Shown here in pieces: positions 1 to 9,867 of a stretch of DNA of 59,862 nucleotides (position 1 is its first letter; each line of letters starts with the position of its first letter). The notes beneath the pieces were generated by a model. That model did not search any database, was not told where the DNA came from, and saw only the letters and a list, made by a program, of their open reading frames with translations. The DNA comes from a virus (lineage: Duplodnaviria > Caudoviricetes). The position numbers and the translations under genes are program-made. Location of the stretch: positions 1 to 59,862 of the IMG/VR virus record IMGVR_UViG_3300028862_000314; one strand, given 5' to 3'.

Positions 1-509
1 GCTCTAATCCCAAATGACAGGGCCGCGAAGCTACAAGCGTAATTTACTGCCGGAAGTACGCCAGTTACGGATGCCATAAGACCGCCTCCATCGATAGAGC
101 ACAAATACTTGCCTACGCCATTTTTGTTAAACTTTGAAAATCCAATTAAAGGATATTGTGAAATTTTAATTCTTCTTTTATTGCCAACGCTTTCAAATGA
201 ATAATAATAAGAAGGCAATATACCTATGACCTGTCCATCAACTCCGGTTAAATTAGCGGCACTCCCATCTTCTTTTTTTGTATGATCTGTCTTTAATAGA
301 TAATAGTTAATTGATCTATCATTTTTTATACAAGCATAGCGTATTGAATTATAAATAGGTTGCGTTGTGATTAAACTCGCTAGTCCTATTCTTGTAATTG
401 ATGTCGATGGTACGGTTACGTCCCACTCCACGCCATACCATAGATTTTGGTTCACAAGTGAACAATTAGAAACCAAAGGAGAAAACCGAAATTCTTTAAA
501 TAAACTCAT
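1..509 (-). CDS. N-terminal part of tail/receptor-binding protein; runs off window start, probably continues in 59027-59862
   Basis: Not in ORF track. ATG at 509, open to base 1 (MSLFKEF...WYGVEWD...DGSAANLTGVDGQV...FGIRA). The other window end is an open frame on the same strand (GTGWNPVSEFQD...). Confidence 0.75.
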   Translation of the reverse strand, partial: MSLFKEFRFSPLVSNCSLVNQNLWYGVEWDVTVPSTSITRIGLASLITTQPIYNSIRYACIKNDRSINYYLLKTDHTKKEDGSAANLTGVDGQVIGILPSYYYSFESVGNKRRIKISQYPLIGFSKFNKNGVGKYLCSIDGGGLMASVTGVLPAVNYACSFAALSFGIR

Positions 510-521
510 AATCGTAATTTA

Positions 522-872
522 TTAAACTCCGAAACCGTCTGCTCTGTGGTATAGTCCGGCTCCTGCCGATAGCTTGATTGAAACTGCTACAAATCCAAAA
601 CCTACTGACATCCCTTTTGGGATAGGAATAGTATTTAGTTTTAATAGCGTAGTTACCCTTTCTGTCCCGTCTGCCGTTTTCACCGATTCGATTACCGATA
701 AATCATCCCATGATGTAAACCCGGTACAGTTTACTGTTACTTCTCCGTCTGCTGCCTTTATGTATGGGGTTCCGTTAATACCGGAAATATCTTCCAGTGC
801 CGGTCCTGATACTTCGCCTATGTAATCATGTGTTTTTCTCATGGTGTATGTATTAAAGATTTGAATCGTCAT
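522..872 (-). CDS. hypothetical virion-associated protein
   Basis: ORF co-oriented and abutting within the tail operon. Confidence 0.55.
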   Translation of the reverse strand: MTIQIFNTYTMRKTHDYIGEVSGPALEDISGINGTPYIKAADGEVTVNCTGFTSWDDLSVIESVKTADGTERVTTLLKLNTIPIPKGMSVGFGFVAVSIKLSAGAGLYHRADGFGV

Positions 873-1554
873 TATTGTATGAACACCTTGCTCCGGTGGT
901 AAGTGCTGCCCAGGCTGTATTATCTTCTATTAGTGGAATCAATGAACCATCTGAATAGTGTGTTGTCTTTAGATTTGAAGCCATCCATACCTGTGTGCCT
1001 ATTTTAACGGTTTTGTAATGGTTTAAGTCATAGTCTATGTAATCATTGCAGTATTCGCCATCGGCAAGTAGAAGTTCGGATTCGGTGGCTAAACGGAATA
1101 AGCGAATACCACACCCCATTGTATTATATATAACACCCGCTATACCGATTGAAGGGGTATCGTTCCCAACACTCACATAATATCCATTTCCTAACTCGTC
1201 ATCATCGCTACACCAATTACTGGATGCTGATTTTAGTGCATAAAATACGCCCTTTAATTCTTCTTCTGGGGAACCATTCCTCAGTCCATTACCAAGTAGT
1301 TTAAAATTAACTGAGTTTAATGCGCCCTCATTTGGTTCATCCCAATGTATTAACCCCTGCTCTTTCAATAATCCGCCCGAAGTTTCATCATCTCCTAAAT
1401 AGTCAGATAATGTTTGCCAATCGGTACTTTCTGGCACACTAAAATCACCTTCCGCAATCAACGGATTACTTGCAGCATACCAATTATATAACGCACCGTA
1501 ATTTTTAGGTGTTACCACATTCCGTTTTTTCGGTGTGAATAGTATCATCCCCAT
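853..1554 (-). CDS. FISUMP (Fibrobacter succinogenes major paralogous) domain protein, circularly permuted
   Basis: Motifs YGALYNWYA, GGLLKE.G..HW..PN and YKTVKIGTQVWMA.NL. Confidence 0.75.
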   Translation of the reverse strand: MGMILFTPKKRNVVTPKNYGALYNWYAASNPLIAEGDFSVPESTDWQTLSDYLGDDETSGGLLKEQGLIHWDEPNEGALNSVNFKLLGNGLRNGSPEEELKGVFYALKSASSNWCSDDDELGNGYYVSVGNDTPSIGIAGVIYNTMGCGIRLFRLATESELLLADGEYCNDYIDYDLNHYKTVKIGTQVWMASNLKTTHYSDGSLIPLIEDNTAWAALTTGARCSYNNDDSNL

Positions 1555-1958
1555 TACGTGCGCTTTATTTGTATGTTTCCCGATAATACGCAGTCGGCAT
1601 CTGTAGGCGGTGTAACAACCTCTAAGGTTAGTACGTCACCTGTTGTTACGTGAATATTGGAAACACCGGTTAAATCTATATTCATTAGGCCCCCACTGTT
1701 GAAATTTTCAACTTCCGAGATTGGTATTCCATTAATTGACATGGTTAGGGTAACTGTGTCAATATCATTTCTAAGAAATACCTTTTCAAGCGTATAGTTG
1801 TACCTTGCGAACACGTCAAGGTAATATAACTGACCAGCAATTGACGTGCCTATATCGGAGAATATAAACGATATAGTATCTGTATTCAAACTCGAATTGA
1901 GAATCTTATTCCCATCGAAGTCCTGATCTCTACCGTATTTCTTTGGTCTTACTGTCAT
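1554..1958 (-). CDS. putative tail-associated beta-rich protein
   Basis: Translationally coupled within structural operon; beta-strand-like composition. Confidence 0.5.
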   Translation of the reverse strand: MTVRPKKYGRDQDFDGNKILNSSLNTDTISFIFSDIGTSIAGQLYYLDVFARYNYTLEKVFLRNDIDTVTLTMSINGIPISEVENFNSGGLMNIDLTGVSNIHVTTGDVLTLEVVTPPTDADCVLSGNIQIKRT

Positions 1959-2971
1959 GAGAAATAGAGTATTCCTGATTTATTACCTATCCATTGGCAA
2001 ATTGTTATGTTCACATCAATTGGTTCGGTGTCAATGTCAAATTCATCCCCGGCACTATCTATCATTTGTACGGTAGGCATATATTTACCTAACCCGTGTT
2101 CTACGATAACATACGATACGTCATAGAAATTCTGTTCGTATGTGCCTGCCGGGGAAGTGTAAAGCTCATAGGCTGTTCCTGACCAACTGTACATTAACTT
2201 TGCTGTACGGTCAACATAGATTATGTCTGCTACTCCCGTTAGTGGGAATGCGGCAAAGTTTAAGAAGTATAAAACCTCTTGTGTAGGGGTTTGGGTAGGC
2301 GGTACATATCCGCTTTCTCCTGTAGTCGTATCGGTAATTGTTCCAGTTTCTGGATCCACGGTGATAATTTCCTGTTGAAATTCCGGAAGGATATTAAAAT
2401 ACTGAACCATCGGTTTGTACAATTCCGTCAAACTATTGTTATACTGCGTCAACAATCCCGGTATTCTTGCCTGTTCAACGTTAACCAAATCTATTTGCCT
2501 GGTTATGATAAACCATTTTAATATTACCGTTGAAACAAACAGTTCTTCAATGGCAGTATCAATCATTGGTAACAGGTTGGCATTATACCCTAACTTATTG
2601 GCAAGCCTGAACCCGTAAGCAATAATTGTAGTTACTGCCGGTGGTATGCTGTCATTTTCACCTCCTACGGTTCCCCCTGTTGCAGTTTCATCAGCAAGTG
2701 ATAAGGTTATGCTCCTGTTCTTTATAAGTGAATCAGGAATGTTCTTTGAAAGTTTATAGGCTATCTGGAAAATATGTGATATAGCCCTGTCACATTCTGA
2801 ATAGATAAGTTTAAGATCATCGGAGGTCAATAACAGTTCTTCCCTGTTTACCGGGGCCTTGTCTGTTTCAACTATTGAACGTACCGGATAACCGGAATAC
2901 ATTTTCAACCGGTCTATAATATCCTCCGTCTTATAAATGAAAAGAATCTGTGAACCGATTGTTTTGTACAT
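1955..2971 (-). CDS. putative virion structural protein (adaptor-like N-terminus, fibre-like C-terminus)
   Basis: Position in structural operon; FAAFPLTG...IYVD motif typical of tail proteins. Confidence 0.5.
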   Translation of the reverse strand: MYKTIGSQILFIYKTEDIIDRLKMYSGYPVRSIVETDKAPVNREELLLTSDDLKLIYSECDRAISHIFQIAYKLSKNIPDSLIKNRSITLSLADETATGGTVGGENDSIPPAVTTIIAYGFRLANKLGYNANLLPMIDTAIEELFVSTVILKWFIITRQIDLVNVEQARIPGLLTQYNNSLTELYKPMVQYFNILPEFQQEIITVDPETGTITDTTTGESGYVPPTQTPTQEVLYFLNFAAFPLTGVADIIYVDRTAKLMYSWSGTAYELYTSPAGTYEQNFYDVSYVIVEHGLGKYMPTVQMIDSAGDEFDIDTEPIDVNITICQWIGNKSGILYFS

Positions 2972-2972
2972 T

Positions 2973-3479
2973 TTATAGGTAGGTGTAAGGCCTTCTTATT
3001 GGTGTTTTCCGGCTGTTAATAATCTTCCTTAGTTCTAACTCTGCGTTAGAGTATTTCAATTCTTCTACCAGGTAAGCCTGTTGCTGTCCGGTTGTCATAT
3101 ACCAGTCTTTCAAACAGTATGCTATTAGTATCTTCTCCCCGGCAAGGTTTAACGCTGAACTTAAAGCTAGATCCCAGTTTTCATTCATCCACAATTCATA
3201 CGTTATTGTCCTTTTCTGTGTCGTGGTGTTCAGGAAATCATATTGAAATGGTGTTGCTGATTTACGTGTAAGTGATTGAAGTTTCTGGTATAAGTCACTG
3301 GCTGCATCCCTCAAATTAAAAGCTGCCAGATCGAGTTCAGCATCAGTAATAGCAAGGTTACTTTCCTGTGTTGCTCCGGCCTGATTTGCATTATGACTAC
3401 CGGTATATAAACTACGTAACTGCAACTGTTTATTTAACAGTGCAATGTCGTAAGTAAGTATTACCTTGTTATAGATCAT
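2973..3479 (-). CDS. putative head-tail adaptor-like protein
   Basis: Position and helical composition; inference only. Confidence 0.4.
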   Translation of the reverse strand: MIYNKVILTYDIALLNKQLQLRSLYTGSHNANQAGATQESNLAITDAELDLAAFNLRDAASDLYQKLQSLTRKSATPFQYDFLNTTTQKRTITYELWMNENWDLALSSALNLAGEKILIAYCLKDWYMTTGQQQAYLVEELKYSNAELELRKIINSRKTPIRRPYTYL

Positions 3480-4621
3480 AGTGATGTGCTTTCAAATGCT
3501 TCAACAAATGCGGTCCAATAAACTGTTGTATTTGCAAGGCCGGTACAATTAATTGTTAATCCCTTAAAAGCCCCGGGAGGTGGTGGACCTGCTGCATCAT
3601 ACTGACTAATGAATACACTGACGTTTATTGCCGGTGAACCGTAGTCAATAAATGTGTTATCTGTTGCAGGATTGGCTATTATGTTTCCCGATGCCCAAAC
3701 ATACCCGTCAGAATCTACTCCTGTTAGGTATTGGTATTCCCAGCTTTTGGCTTTTTTACCTCCTTTTACAACTGCCAGGACAATAATTTTAAGCAGGTAG
3801 CTCTTATTATCTTCAAACCCGTATTGAAAAGGTAATACCATTAATTGAGTAGTGGAGTTTAGCGTGGTAAGCCTCATTGAGGACCTTGAACGCTGCGAAT
3901 CACCTACATTTGTGAATACTCCCGATGATTCAGCTACATCACCTTTGCGTAATGCTTTTGTTTTAACTCCCAATGCTGTTGATCCCTCGCCTTGTGCTAC
4001 TGTTGCGCTACCCGGGGCAAATGAATTAACTCCATTAGCTGCTGATGCACCACCAATACTTTCAATTCCTGATGTCGCATTCGTTGAAACGTGTTTACGG
4101 AATACAGGAGGTAGAATTGTTGATATTTTACTGAACGGCATTATTAACCAGGCTGCATGATCGGCATAATTAAACCCGGGATTATCTGCTAAAGCAATAA
4201 CCCAATCCCCGTTCTGGAATATTTCATTTACATCGTTTACTTCTGCAACTATAATAAAGTCCATCTTCTTAATACGGTCCGTATTTGGGGCAATATATAA
4301 GTTCTGGAAAGCCTGTGATAATGGATGCGTAATACTTAAAAAGTTCAATGAGTTTTCACCGTGTAATACCCTTGATTTTGGTGTTACAGCTAACTGTCCG
4401 TTTAAAATAAGAGGAACAGAACCACCCATTGCGTTAATAGCTGCTACAATCTCCGGTCCTGTCATGGTAACTACTCCGGTCCCGTCAGGTAATCCCTGAA
4501 TAGCTGTTGCATGTAATCTGTTAGTTCCTGTCAATAACTCCAATGCAGTCACTATCTGCGCCCCTGTCATGGACGATAGTGTTGTAGCAAGTAATTCAAC
4601 TGTTATGTTATACTCAGCCAT
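3476..4621 (-). CDS. tail fibre-like protein with YadA-head-like repeats
   Basis: Repeats SAANGVNSFAPG/TVAQGEGSTALG; duplicated MTGxxIV motif. Confidence 0.6.
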   Translation of the reverse strand: MAEYNITVELLATTLSSMTGAQIVTALELLTGTNRLHATAIQGLPDGTGVVTMTGPEIVAAINAMGGSVPLILNGQLAVTPKSRVLHGENSLNFLSITHPLSQAFQNLYIAPNTDRIKKMDFIIVAEVNDVNEIFQNGDWVIALADNPGFNYADHAAWLIMPFSKISTILPPVFRKHVSTNATSGIESIGGASAANGVNSFAPGSATVAQGEGSTALGVKTKALRKGDVAESSGVFTNVGDSQRSRSSMRLTTLNSTTQLMVLPFQYGFEDNKSYLLKIIVLAVVKGGKKAKSWEYQYLTGVDSDGYVWASGNIIANPATDNTFIDYGSPAINVSVFISQYDAAGPPPPGAFKGLTINCTGLANTTVYWTAFVEAFESTSL

Positions 4622-4970
4622 TGTCTGCAGGGTTAAGATTTAATAATGCTGCTTTCTCAATTTGCACGTCCCCTCCGGGCATGTTTGCATTTGCTACGAT
4701 AATTTTAACCTCAATGTCATAATTACCGGCATGTTTCTTTTTTAATATGGATTCATTACAGTACAATACGCACTTATCATCCACAATACTCAATGTTTCA
4801 AATCCGGTTTGAGCTACCCGGCTCCATTTAATAGCTACTTCACCACTGATCCTGTTTACTAATCTCATTTCGATATTAGTAATAGTAGAAAGCGAAGGGG
4901 AAACTGCTACCCCCTCGCTATCTTTCAGAGTTACTCTGATCGTGTGGCTTTCGCCTTGGTAACTTCTCAC
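4614..4970 (-). CDS. putative virion Ig/BppU-like protein
   Basis: YQGES.TI.V.LKD start and AG.YDIEV motif. Confidence 0.45.
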   Translation of the reverse strand: MRSYQGESHTIRVTLKDSEGVAVSPSLSTITNIEMRLVNRISGEVAIKWSRVAQTGFETLSIVDDKCVLYCNESILKKKHAGNYDIEVKIIVANANMPGGDVQIEKAALLNLNPADNG

Positions 4971-4972
4971 TA

Positions 4973-5491
4973 TTACAGTCCGCTTACGTCCTCGTAAGTA
5001 ACATAAACGCTGGCTTTACCTGCCAACAGTGCTGCCCAGTTTCCACCGGTAGGTGCTGCTCCGATATAAACATGCGAAGCTCCGATAACAATAGCAACAG
5101 GTGTATATCCTGCGCCTACTGCGGTCTGACCTATGGCATTTGCAGCTATAAGGTCGGTATCGGCAAAGAACTGTGCGCCTGAACTCGAATTTCCAGCCTC
5201 AACAGTAAAAGCGGTAATGCTTGTTCCTGCCCATGCAACATCTGTTACAAAGACAACATCACGAACACGGCTTTTAGCCGGAACGATTGCACCTAGGTCA
5301 ATAACCTGCTGTGTGGTGTTGGCTGCTGTTACGAAATTAAAGTCACAACCGGCTACGCCTACGGCCCCGATTGTTTTCTTAATGGATTTTATTGATAGGG
5401 CTGCGAAGTTTGCATCTGCCCGTTTGCAGGCTGCATCAAATGATGCTTTGCTTAATCCTGCTGAGTTATTTTCATCGTGTACTTTTTCCAT
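4973..5491 (-). CDS. putative capsid decoration/cement protein
   Basis: Downstream of capsid; Ala/Gly/Val-rich beta protein ending GKASVYVTY. Confidence 0.45.
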   Translation of the reverse strand: MEKVHDENNSAGLSKASFDAACKRADANFAALSIKSIKKTIGAVGVAGCDFNFVTAANTTQQVIDLGAIVPAKSRVRDVVFVTDVAWAGTSITAFTVEAGNSSSGAQFFADTDLIAANAIGQTAVGAGYTPVAIVIGASHVYIGAAPTGGNWAALLAGKASVYVTYEDVSGL

Positions 5492-5494
5492 TGC

Positions 5495-6082
5495 TTATTT
5501 GGTTGTTAGAAATTCAGTTACTTTGTTTAATGCTGCCTTACCGGCCTCTACTTCACCCATAATTTGGAGTGTAGTACTTGCTATATACCAGGCTACAGGA
5601 TCTAGTATTTCTACCGTCACATCTTCTGGCGTAGGAATGGCTATATAAAAGCCTTCGGTTACAGTTCCCGGGGCCGATGTATTGAACATCAGTTTAAGTC
5701 CGGTATTCTTAGTTACGCAAGCTCTTATTCTCGAATTTCCACCGCTTACATAACTGTAATACATAAAAATATGATCCCTTCCACCTTCGGTAACAAGGTC
5801 CGATTCAGTAACAGGCCGGGTAAGATTAGTAGTATTGAAGCGTACTAGCCTTAAAAAATCGGTAGGGAGTGTTATTTCACTTAACCCGGCCTGAGTTTCT
5901 GTTATGGTTCCGGTAATAGGTTTGAAGGGAAGAAAACGAACTGGCAAAAACTTAAAAGCATTACTCAACTGCTCGTCAAGTATCTGGTCAATGGTTTGAT
6001 TGCTGACAACTTCGATAGCATTATCGGTGACAACATCGTCAATCCTGACCTGAACTGCTTTTATGAGTTGCGTTCTGTTCAT
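5495..6082 (-). CDS. putative head-tail connector / tail tubular protein A-like
   Basis: ITLPTDFLRLV motif; position after capsid genes. Confidence 0.55.
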   Translation of the reverse strand: MNRTQLIKAVQVRIDDVVTDNAIEVVSNQTIDQILDEQLSNAFKFLPVRFLPFKPITGTITETQAGLSEITLPTDFLRLVRFNTTNLTRPVTESDLVTEGGRDHIFMYYSYVSGGNSRIRACVTKNTGLKLMFNTSAPGTVTEGFYIAIPTPEDVTVEILDPVAWYIASTTLQIMGEVEAGKAALNKVTEFLTTK

Positions 6083-6540
6083 TACGGTTTCCAGTTAGGG
6101 AATATGAGGTTAGCTACTTTAGCCTCGTTCATTATCATCTGAGTGTTTTTCAATCTGCTGAACGGCACATCGAAATTATGATTCAGGTAAAGTTTAGCAT
6201 CCTGCCCGGTATTAACATCTTCAACCAATACATCACCGGTATTTGTGAGTACGGTTTTAGGCTTTTCTTCGGTAGGTACTACTACTTTAGGTTCTGCAGG
6301 TTTTTCAGCTTCGGGAAGTTTACCTTCTTCTTCTGCTGTTTTAACCAACTTAAAGGAACTGCCATAATGCTCGTGTGATTCCAATTCAGCCTGAATGAGC
6401 TTATTGGAAGTCCTGTAAGTCCCATTCTCTCTAACAGGATAATGACGGCCTCCTTTAAAGGCGCACTCTACACCCACCCCGTTAACTTCAACGGTGAGTA
6501 TGAGTTTCATGTATTGTATTGACTGATACGTTTTCATCAT
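6082..6540 (-). CDS. hypothetical protein after major capsid
   Basis: ORF in structural operon. Confidence 0.6.
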   Translation of the reverse strand: MMKTYQSIQYMKLILTVEVNGVGVECAFKGGRHYPVRENGTYRTSNKLIQAELESHEHYGSSFKLVKTAEEEGKLPEAEKPAEPKVVVPTEEKPKTVLTNTGDVLVEDVNTGQDAKLYLNHNFDVPFSRLKNTQMIMNEAKVANLIFPNWKP

Positions 6541-6547
6541 GGCTTTA

Positions 6548-6585
6548 AAAAATTAAAGCCCCCTCCCCGAAGGAAAGGGGCTTAA
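6548..6585 (-). terminator. intrinsic terminator/attenuator after major capsid gene
   Basis: AAGCCCC...GGGGCTT hairpin followed by T-rich tract on minus strand. Confidence 0.65.
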
Positions 6586-6590
6586 TTTAT

Positions 6591-7934
6591 TTAGGAATTG
6601 GCGGTTATCCATCCGTGTGTTCCCGGGTTACGGAACTCGCAACCGAAACAATCTTCAAGCCTCCATGCGTTTACTTTGCTGATACCTGTTTTGTCAAGTT
6701 CTAATTTAGTCCATGACATAGGCATACGTTCACGTCTGCGAATTTTGGTAGGGTCAATAATATATCCATCATATTCGTGGCCTACCTGGTTCAGTGATTT
6801 ATCGTGAACAATGTAGAACTGGCCGAATACAGTATCAATAACATTGAATTTTACACCAAACTTAATTTCGGTTACTTTGGCATCTACCTGTTTCTGAATG
6901 GTAGGTACTTTCATTAAACCTGCAATAAGTTTACTACCGGCTCCCATCATACGCATTGACGAACCGTTGTTATCGGAGAACATTTGTTCAGCCCAATCAA
7001 TGAATTTGTTACCTGATAACAGGTTTGTTGCTGTACTTGCCTTTGAATAGTCAAGGCCTACTCCTGCAAACTCCTGTAAACCTCCTGAGAAGTATTTGAA
7101 CTTATTGGTTTTAGGGTCAAGCCTATAAGCCCTTGCACCTAACAGCGAAGCAAGGTTAGCTTTCAAACGCATGTCATAGATAGTGTCTGCCTTGAACTCA
7201 ATCATTCCGTAGTCAACTTCCTGTAAGTTCAATGCCTGGTAAATACCTTCTTCTACCTGTGCCATGTGTGCCTGGGTGAAGTTATAGGTTTTATTCGGCA
7301 TCATCTGGTGTGCTTCCGTCTGTGCTGCGGTTTCTTCTTTCGCATTACCTATACAATAAATAGGTGTTTCGTCAGCAATAGAAGGTATGATAGTAAGGTT
7401 CCCGGACTCTACACCGTTAACGGCATATACCTGAATGGTTCCGTTTGAAATGTTCTTATCCGTTACCTGAAGGCGTAGTTTTGATCCACTTACTCCATTT
7501 GCGAAAATGCTAGGCAGGTAAGCTACATCATCAATACTCCAATTAGAAGCGTTACCGACATAAATGTCTTTAAGTCCGGCTGATCCAGTAGTAAACGGCT
7601 GTTTAACTAAGTCCTCAATAGAACGAGTTGTGTTTTCGTAGAACTCAAACTTCCATGCTTCCGCTACATCACCTGCTCCAATTTCACGAAGCATTGTATC
7701 CATAGGTACATCATCAGGTCGGATAAGAGATATTTTCTTACTAATATCCGTTAGGTTCATTCCTGGTGCTGCTGTATTTGCGGCTGCTGTATCTACCGTT
7801 CCGGTAATACCTACACCTGCAGCAATCATAACTCCGGCTCCCAAAAGAGAAACCCCGGCGGTGGCTATCATTGTTCCTAACACGAGCGCAAGCACCAAAA
7901 CGCCAAGTGCGGTTTTTAACATTCGATTTTTCAT
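6591..7934 (-). CDS. major capsid protein (SU10/DUF5309-like) with hydrophobic N-terminal extension
   Basis: 447 aa, follows scaffold and is followed by terminator; motifs I.P.D.P, YNFTQ, SGGL..F, FG.F.IV.D. Confidence 0.75.
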   Translation of the reverse strand: MKNRMLKTALGVLVLALVLGTMIATAGVSLLGAGVMIAAGVGITGTVDTAAANTAAPGMNLTDISKKISLIRPDDVPMDTMLREIGAGDVAEAWKFEFYENTTRSIEDLVKQPFTTGSAGLKDIYVGNASNWSIDDVAYLPSIFANGVSGSKLRLQVTDKNISNGTIQVYAVNGVESGNLTIIPSIADETPIYCIGNAKEETAAQTEAHQMMPNKTYNFTQAHMAQVEEGIYQALNLQEVDYGMIEFKADTIYDMRLKANLASLLGARAYRLDPKTNKFKYFSGGLQEFAGVGLDYSKASTATNLLSGNKFIDWAEQMFSDNNGSSMRMMGAGSKLIAGLMKVPTIQKQVDAKVTEIKFGVKFNVIDTVFGQFYIVHDKSLNQVGHEYDGYIIDPTKIRRRERMPMSWTKLELDKTGISKVNAWRLEDCFGCEFRNPGTHGWITANS

Positions 7935-7977
7935 TTTATTTATTTGTTTGGTTTATAGTTGGCGCAGTGCGCTTTGA

Positions 7978-8790
7978 TTACATTCTTTGCCTTTTGGTAG
8001 CATAATCCACAATATCATCGAGATCGTGTTTAGGCTTTTCGGGTTCCGGTGCTTTTTGGGTGGTTCCCTGTGAAAGTATCTGAGGTAAACCATCACCGTT
8101 TTGTGTTGACTCCTTTGCTGTAAGCTCCTCAATGTTGGCGTTACGTCCTTTTATTTCGCCTTCTTCGGCTGCTACTGCCAGGTCCTCAGGTTTTGTTTTA
8201 GCTTCATACAGCGCATCAAGTAACCTTTCTGTGATCTTTCCTTTATACACATCGGAAAAAAGGCTGCTTAATTCATTGATGTATTCAGTCATTGCTTCAC
8301 CGTCAAGTCCGCGTTTTTCGCTCCATGCCTGAATTGTATTCTGGCTTTCGGCTGTATTGGCGTTTACTTCTCCGATAAATGCCTCATGTGCTGCCCGGTT
8401 TGCTTCTCTCATGGCTTTCTTTTCAGGCCACTTTGAAGGATCTGATTCAGCTAATGCCTTTTCCAGATCATCAGGGGAAACATGCAGGGCTAATGCTTCT
8501 GCCAGGTCAGCACCTTCTCCAATATCATCCAGTACTTGTGCCATTACAGGTTCAGCATAAAGAGCATCAATAACTTTCTTATTTGCTGTTTCGTTCTGTG
8601 TCCGGTAACCTTCATGCTCCGTCATTTTTTCATCGGCAGCACTCAGAATATCATCATCGGAAGCAAACTCCCTTTCGGGGTGCATCCCTTTGACACGATC
8701 AAGGAAGGGGTGACGTTGTGGTGGTGCTGCTTCGGTATTCTCTACCGGTGTTGCCTGTTCTTCAACGGGCATAATTTCTTGTTCCATCAC
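7978..8790 (-). CDS. capsid scaffolding protein
   Basis: Acidic, helical 270-aa ORF directly upstream of capsid; GEIKGRNANI motif. Confidence 0.65.
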   Translation of the reverse strand: MMEQEIMPVEEQATPVENTEAAPPQRHPFLDRVKGMHPEREFASDDDILSAADEKMTEHEGYRTQNETANKKVIDALYAEPVMAQVLDDIGEGADLAEALALHVSPDDLEKALAESDPSKWPEKKAMREANRAAHEAFIGEVNANTAESQNTIQAWSEKRGLDGEAMTEYINELSSLFSDVYKGKITERLLDALYEAKTKPEDLAVAAEEGEIKGRNANIEELTAKESTQNGDGLPQILSQGTTQKAPEPEKPKHDLDDIVDYATKRQRM

Positions 8791-8833
8791 TTTGTGTTTA
8801 AATTTCAGATTGTTATCCGGTCAATAGGAATCA

Positions 8834-8877
8834 CAAAGTAACTTCGTTAATAAAAAATAAATATGTTTTTTTGTCAT
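8834..8877 (-). promoter_or_regulatory. putative late promoter (ATGACAAA box + TTACTTTG -7 element)
   Basis: Same 44-bp layout as 31936-31979 and 31986-32029. Confidence 0.6.
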
Positions 8878-8932
8878 GTATATGTGATAAACTGTCATTT
8901 TTGCCCTATATTTGCAGTAACGCTATTTTATT

Positions 8933-9268
8933 ATGGGTGAACCTGACGATAAGGAAGTATTTAAAAAGTGTTCCAAGTGCGGTCATACTAAGTCGTTAAC
9001 CTTGTTTGCGAAGGACAAACACGTTAAATCGGGGTATAGGGGTTATTGTAAAGACTGCGGTAATGAAGCCAGAAATCAACTATATATAAAGAATAAGAAA
9101 GTAGATATTGAAAAGGCTAAAGCATACTATCACGAGAATAAAGAAAGGGTTTCAGCTAAGTATAAAGTTCATTACGAAGAAAACAGCGAAATCATACAGG
9201 TAAAGAATAAAGTACACTGGCTTGAAGAAGTATTGCTAGAACCCGAATTTGGTTACCTAAACACATAA
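8933..9268 (+). CDS. zinc-finger protein (HNH/EndoVII-type N-terminus, no visible nuclease domain)
   Basis: CSKC...CKDC followed by basic helical repeats. Confidence 0.55.
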   Translation: MGEPDDKEVFKKCSKCGHTKSLTLFAKDKHVKSGYRGYCKDCGNEARNQLYIKNKKVDIEKAKAYYHENKERVSAKYKVHYEENSEIIQVKNKVHWLEEVLLEPEFGYLNT

Positions 9269-9271
9269 TCT

Positions 9272-9568
9272 ATGTTATTGAGAGAAGAAGTTTTCCCCCG
9301 AACCCGATACTCACACAAGCCATCACGGAACGAAAAGTTATTCCGGTATTACATTCAAATCCTGAAATCATACGGTGAAAAGGCTACGGCCTTCTCAAAA
9401 GAATACCTGTACGCTGAATGTGCTGACGTATTCGATATTTCAGCAGTAACAGCCGGAAGGATAATAAGGTCCATGATAACAGATAATAAATACACAAGGT
9501 TCCTTAATAACGATGAGTGTAAGGAGTATCTGGAAACATTGTTAAACTATCAGAAAAGGGGAGTATGA
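9272..9568 (+). CDS. putative HTH DNA-binding protein
   Basis: ECADVFDISAVTAGRII resembles a helix-turn-helix. Confidence 0.45.
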   Translation: MLLREEVFPRTRYSHKPSRNEKLFRYYIQILKSYGEKATAFSKEYLYAECADVFDISAVTAGRIIRSMITDNKYTRFLNNDECKEYLETLLNYQKRGV

Positions 9569-9867
9569 AAGACGATATTGTAAAGGTTGCACAATGGGGG
9601 TTGATCTGCGATAATCCAGAATGTGATTGGCGTGACGATACAATAAAATTTAAAGATTACAAGGGATGGGTTAATGCCCAATGTCCTAAATGTGGTCAGA
9701 ATGTTTTAACTGAACATGATCTTAAAAATGCAAAAATGCTCTATGCTGCTATCAGGATTGTAAACCTTAAAAATAGGTTATTTGGCAGGAAGCGTGTAAA
9801 GGGGGATATTGATGTTAATGTTATTGTTAATACTCACAATGATATTTCATTTAGGCTTGAAGAATAA
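9565..9867 (+). CDS. small zinc-ribbon protein
   Basis: CDNPEC...CPKC. Confidence 0.55.
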   Translation: MKDDIVKVAQWGLICDNPECDWRDDTIKFKDYKGWVNAQCPKCGQNVLTEHDLKNAKMLYAAIRIVNLKNRLFGRKRVKGDIDVNVIVNTHNDISFRLEE

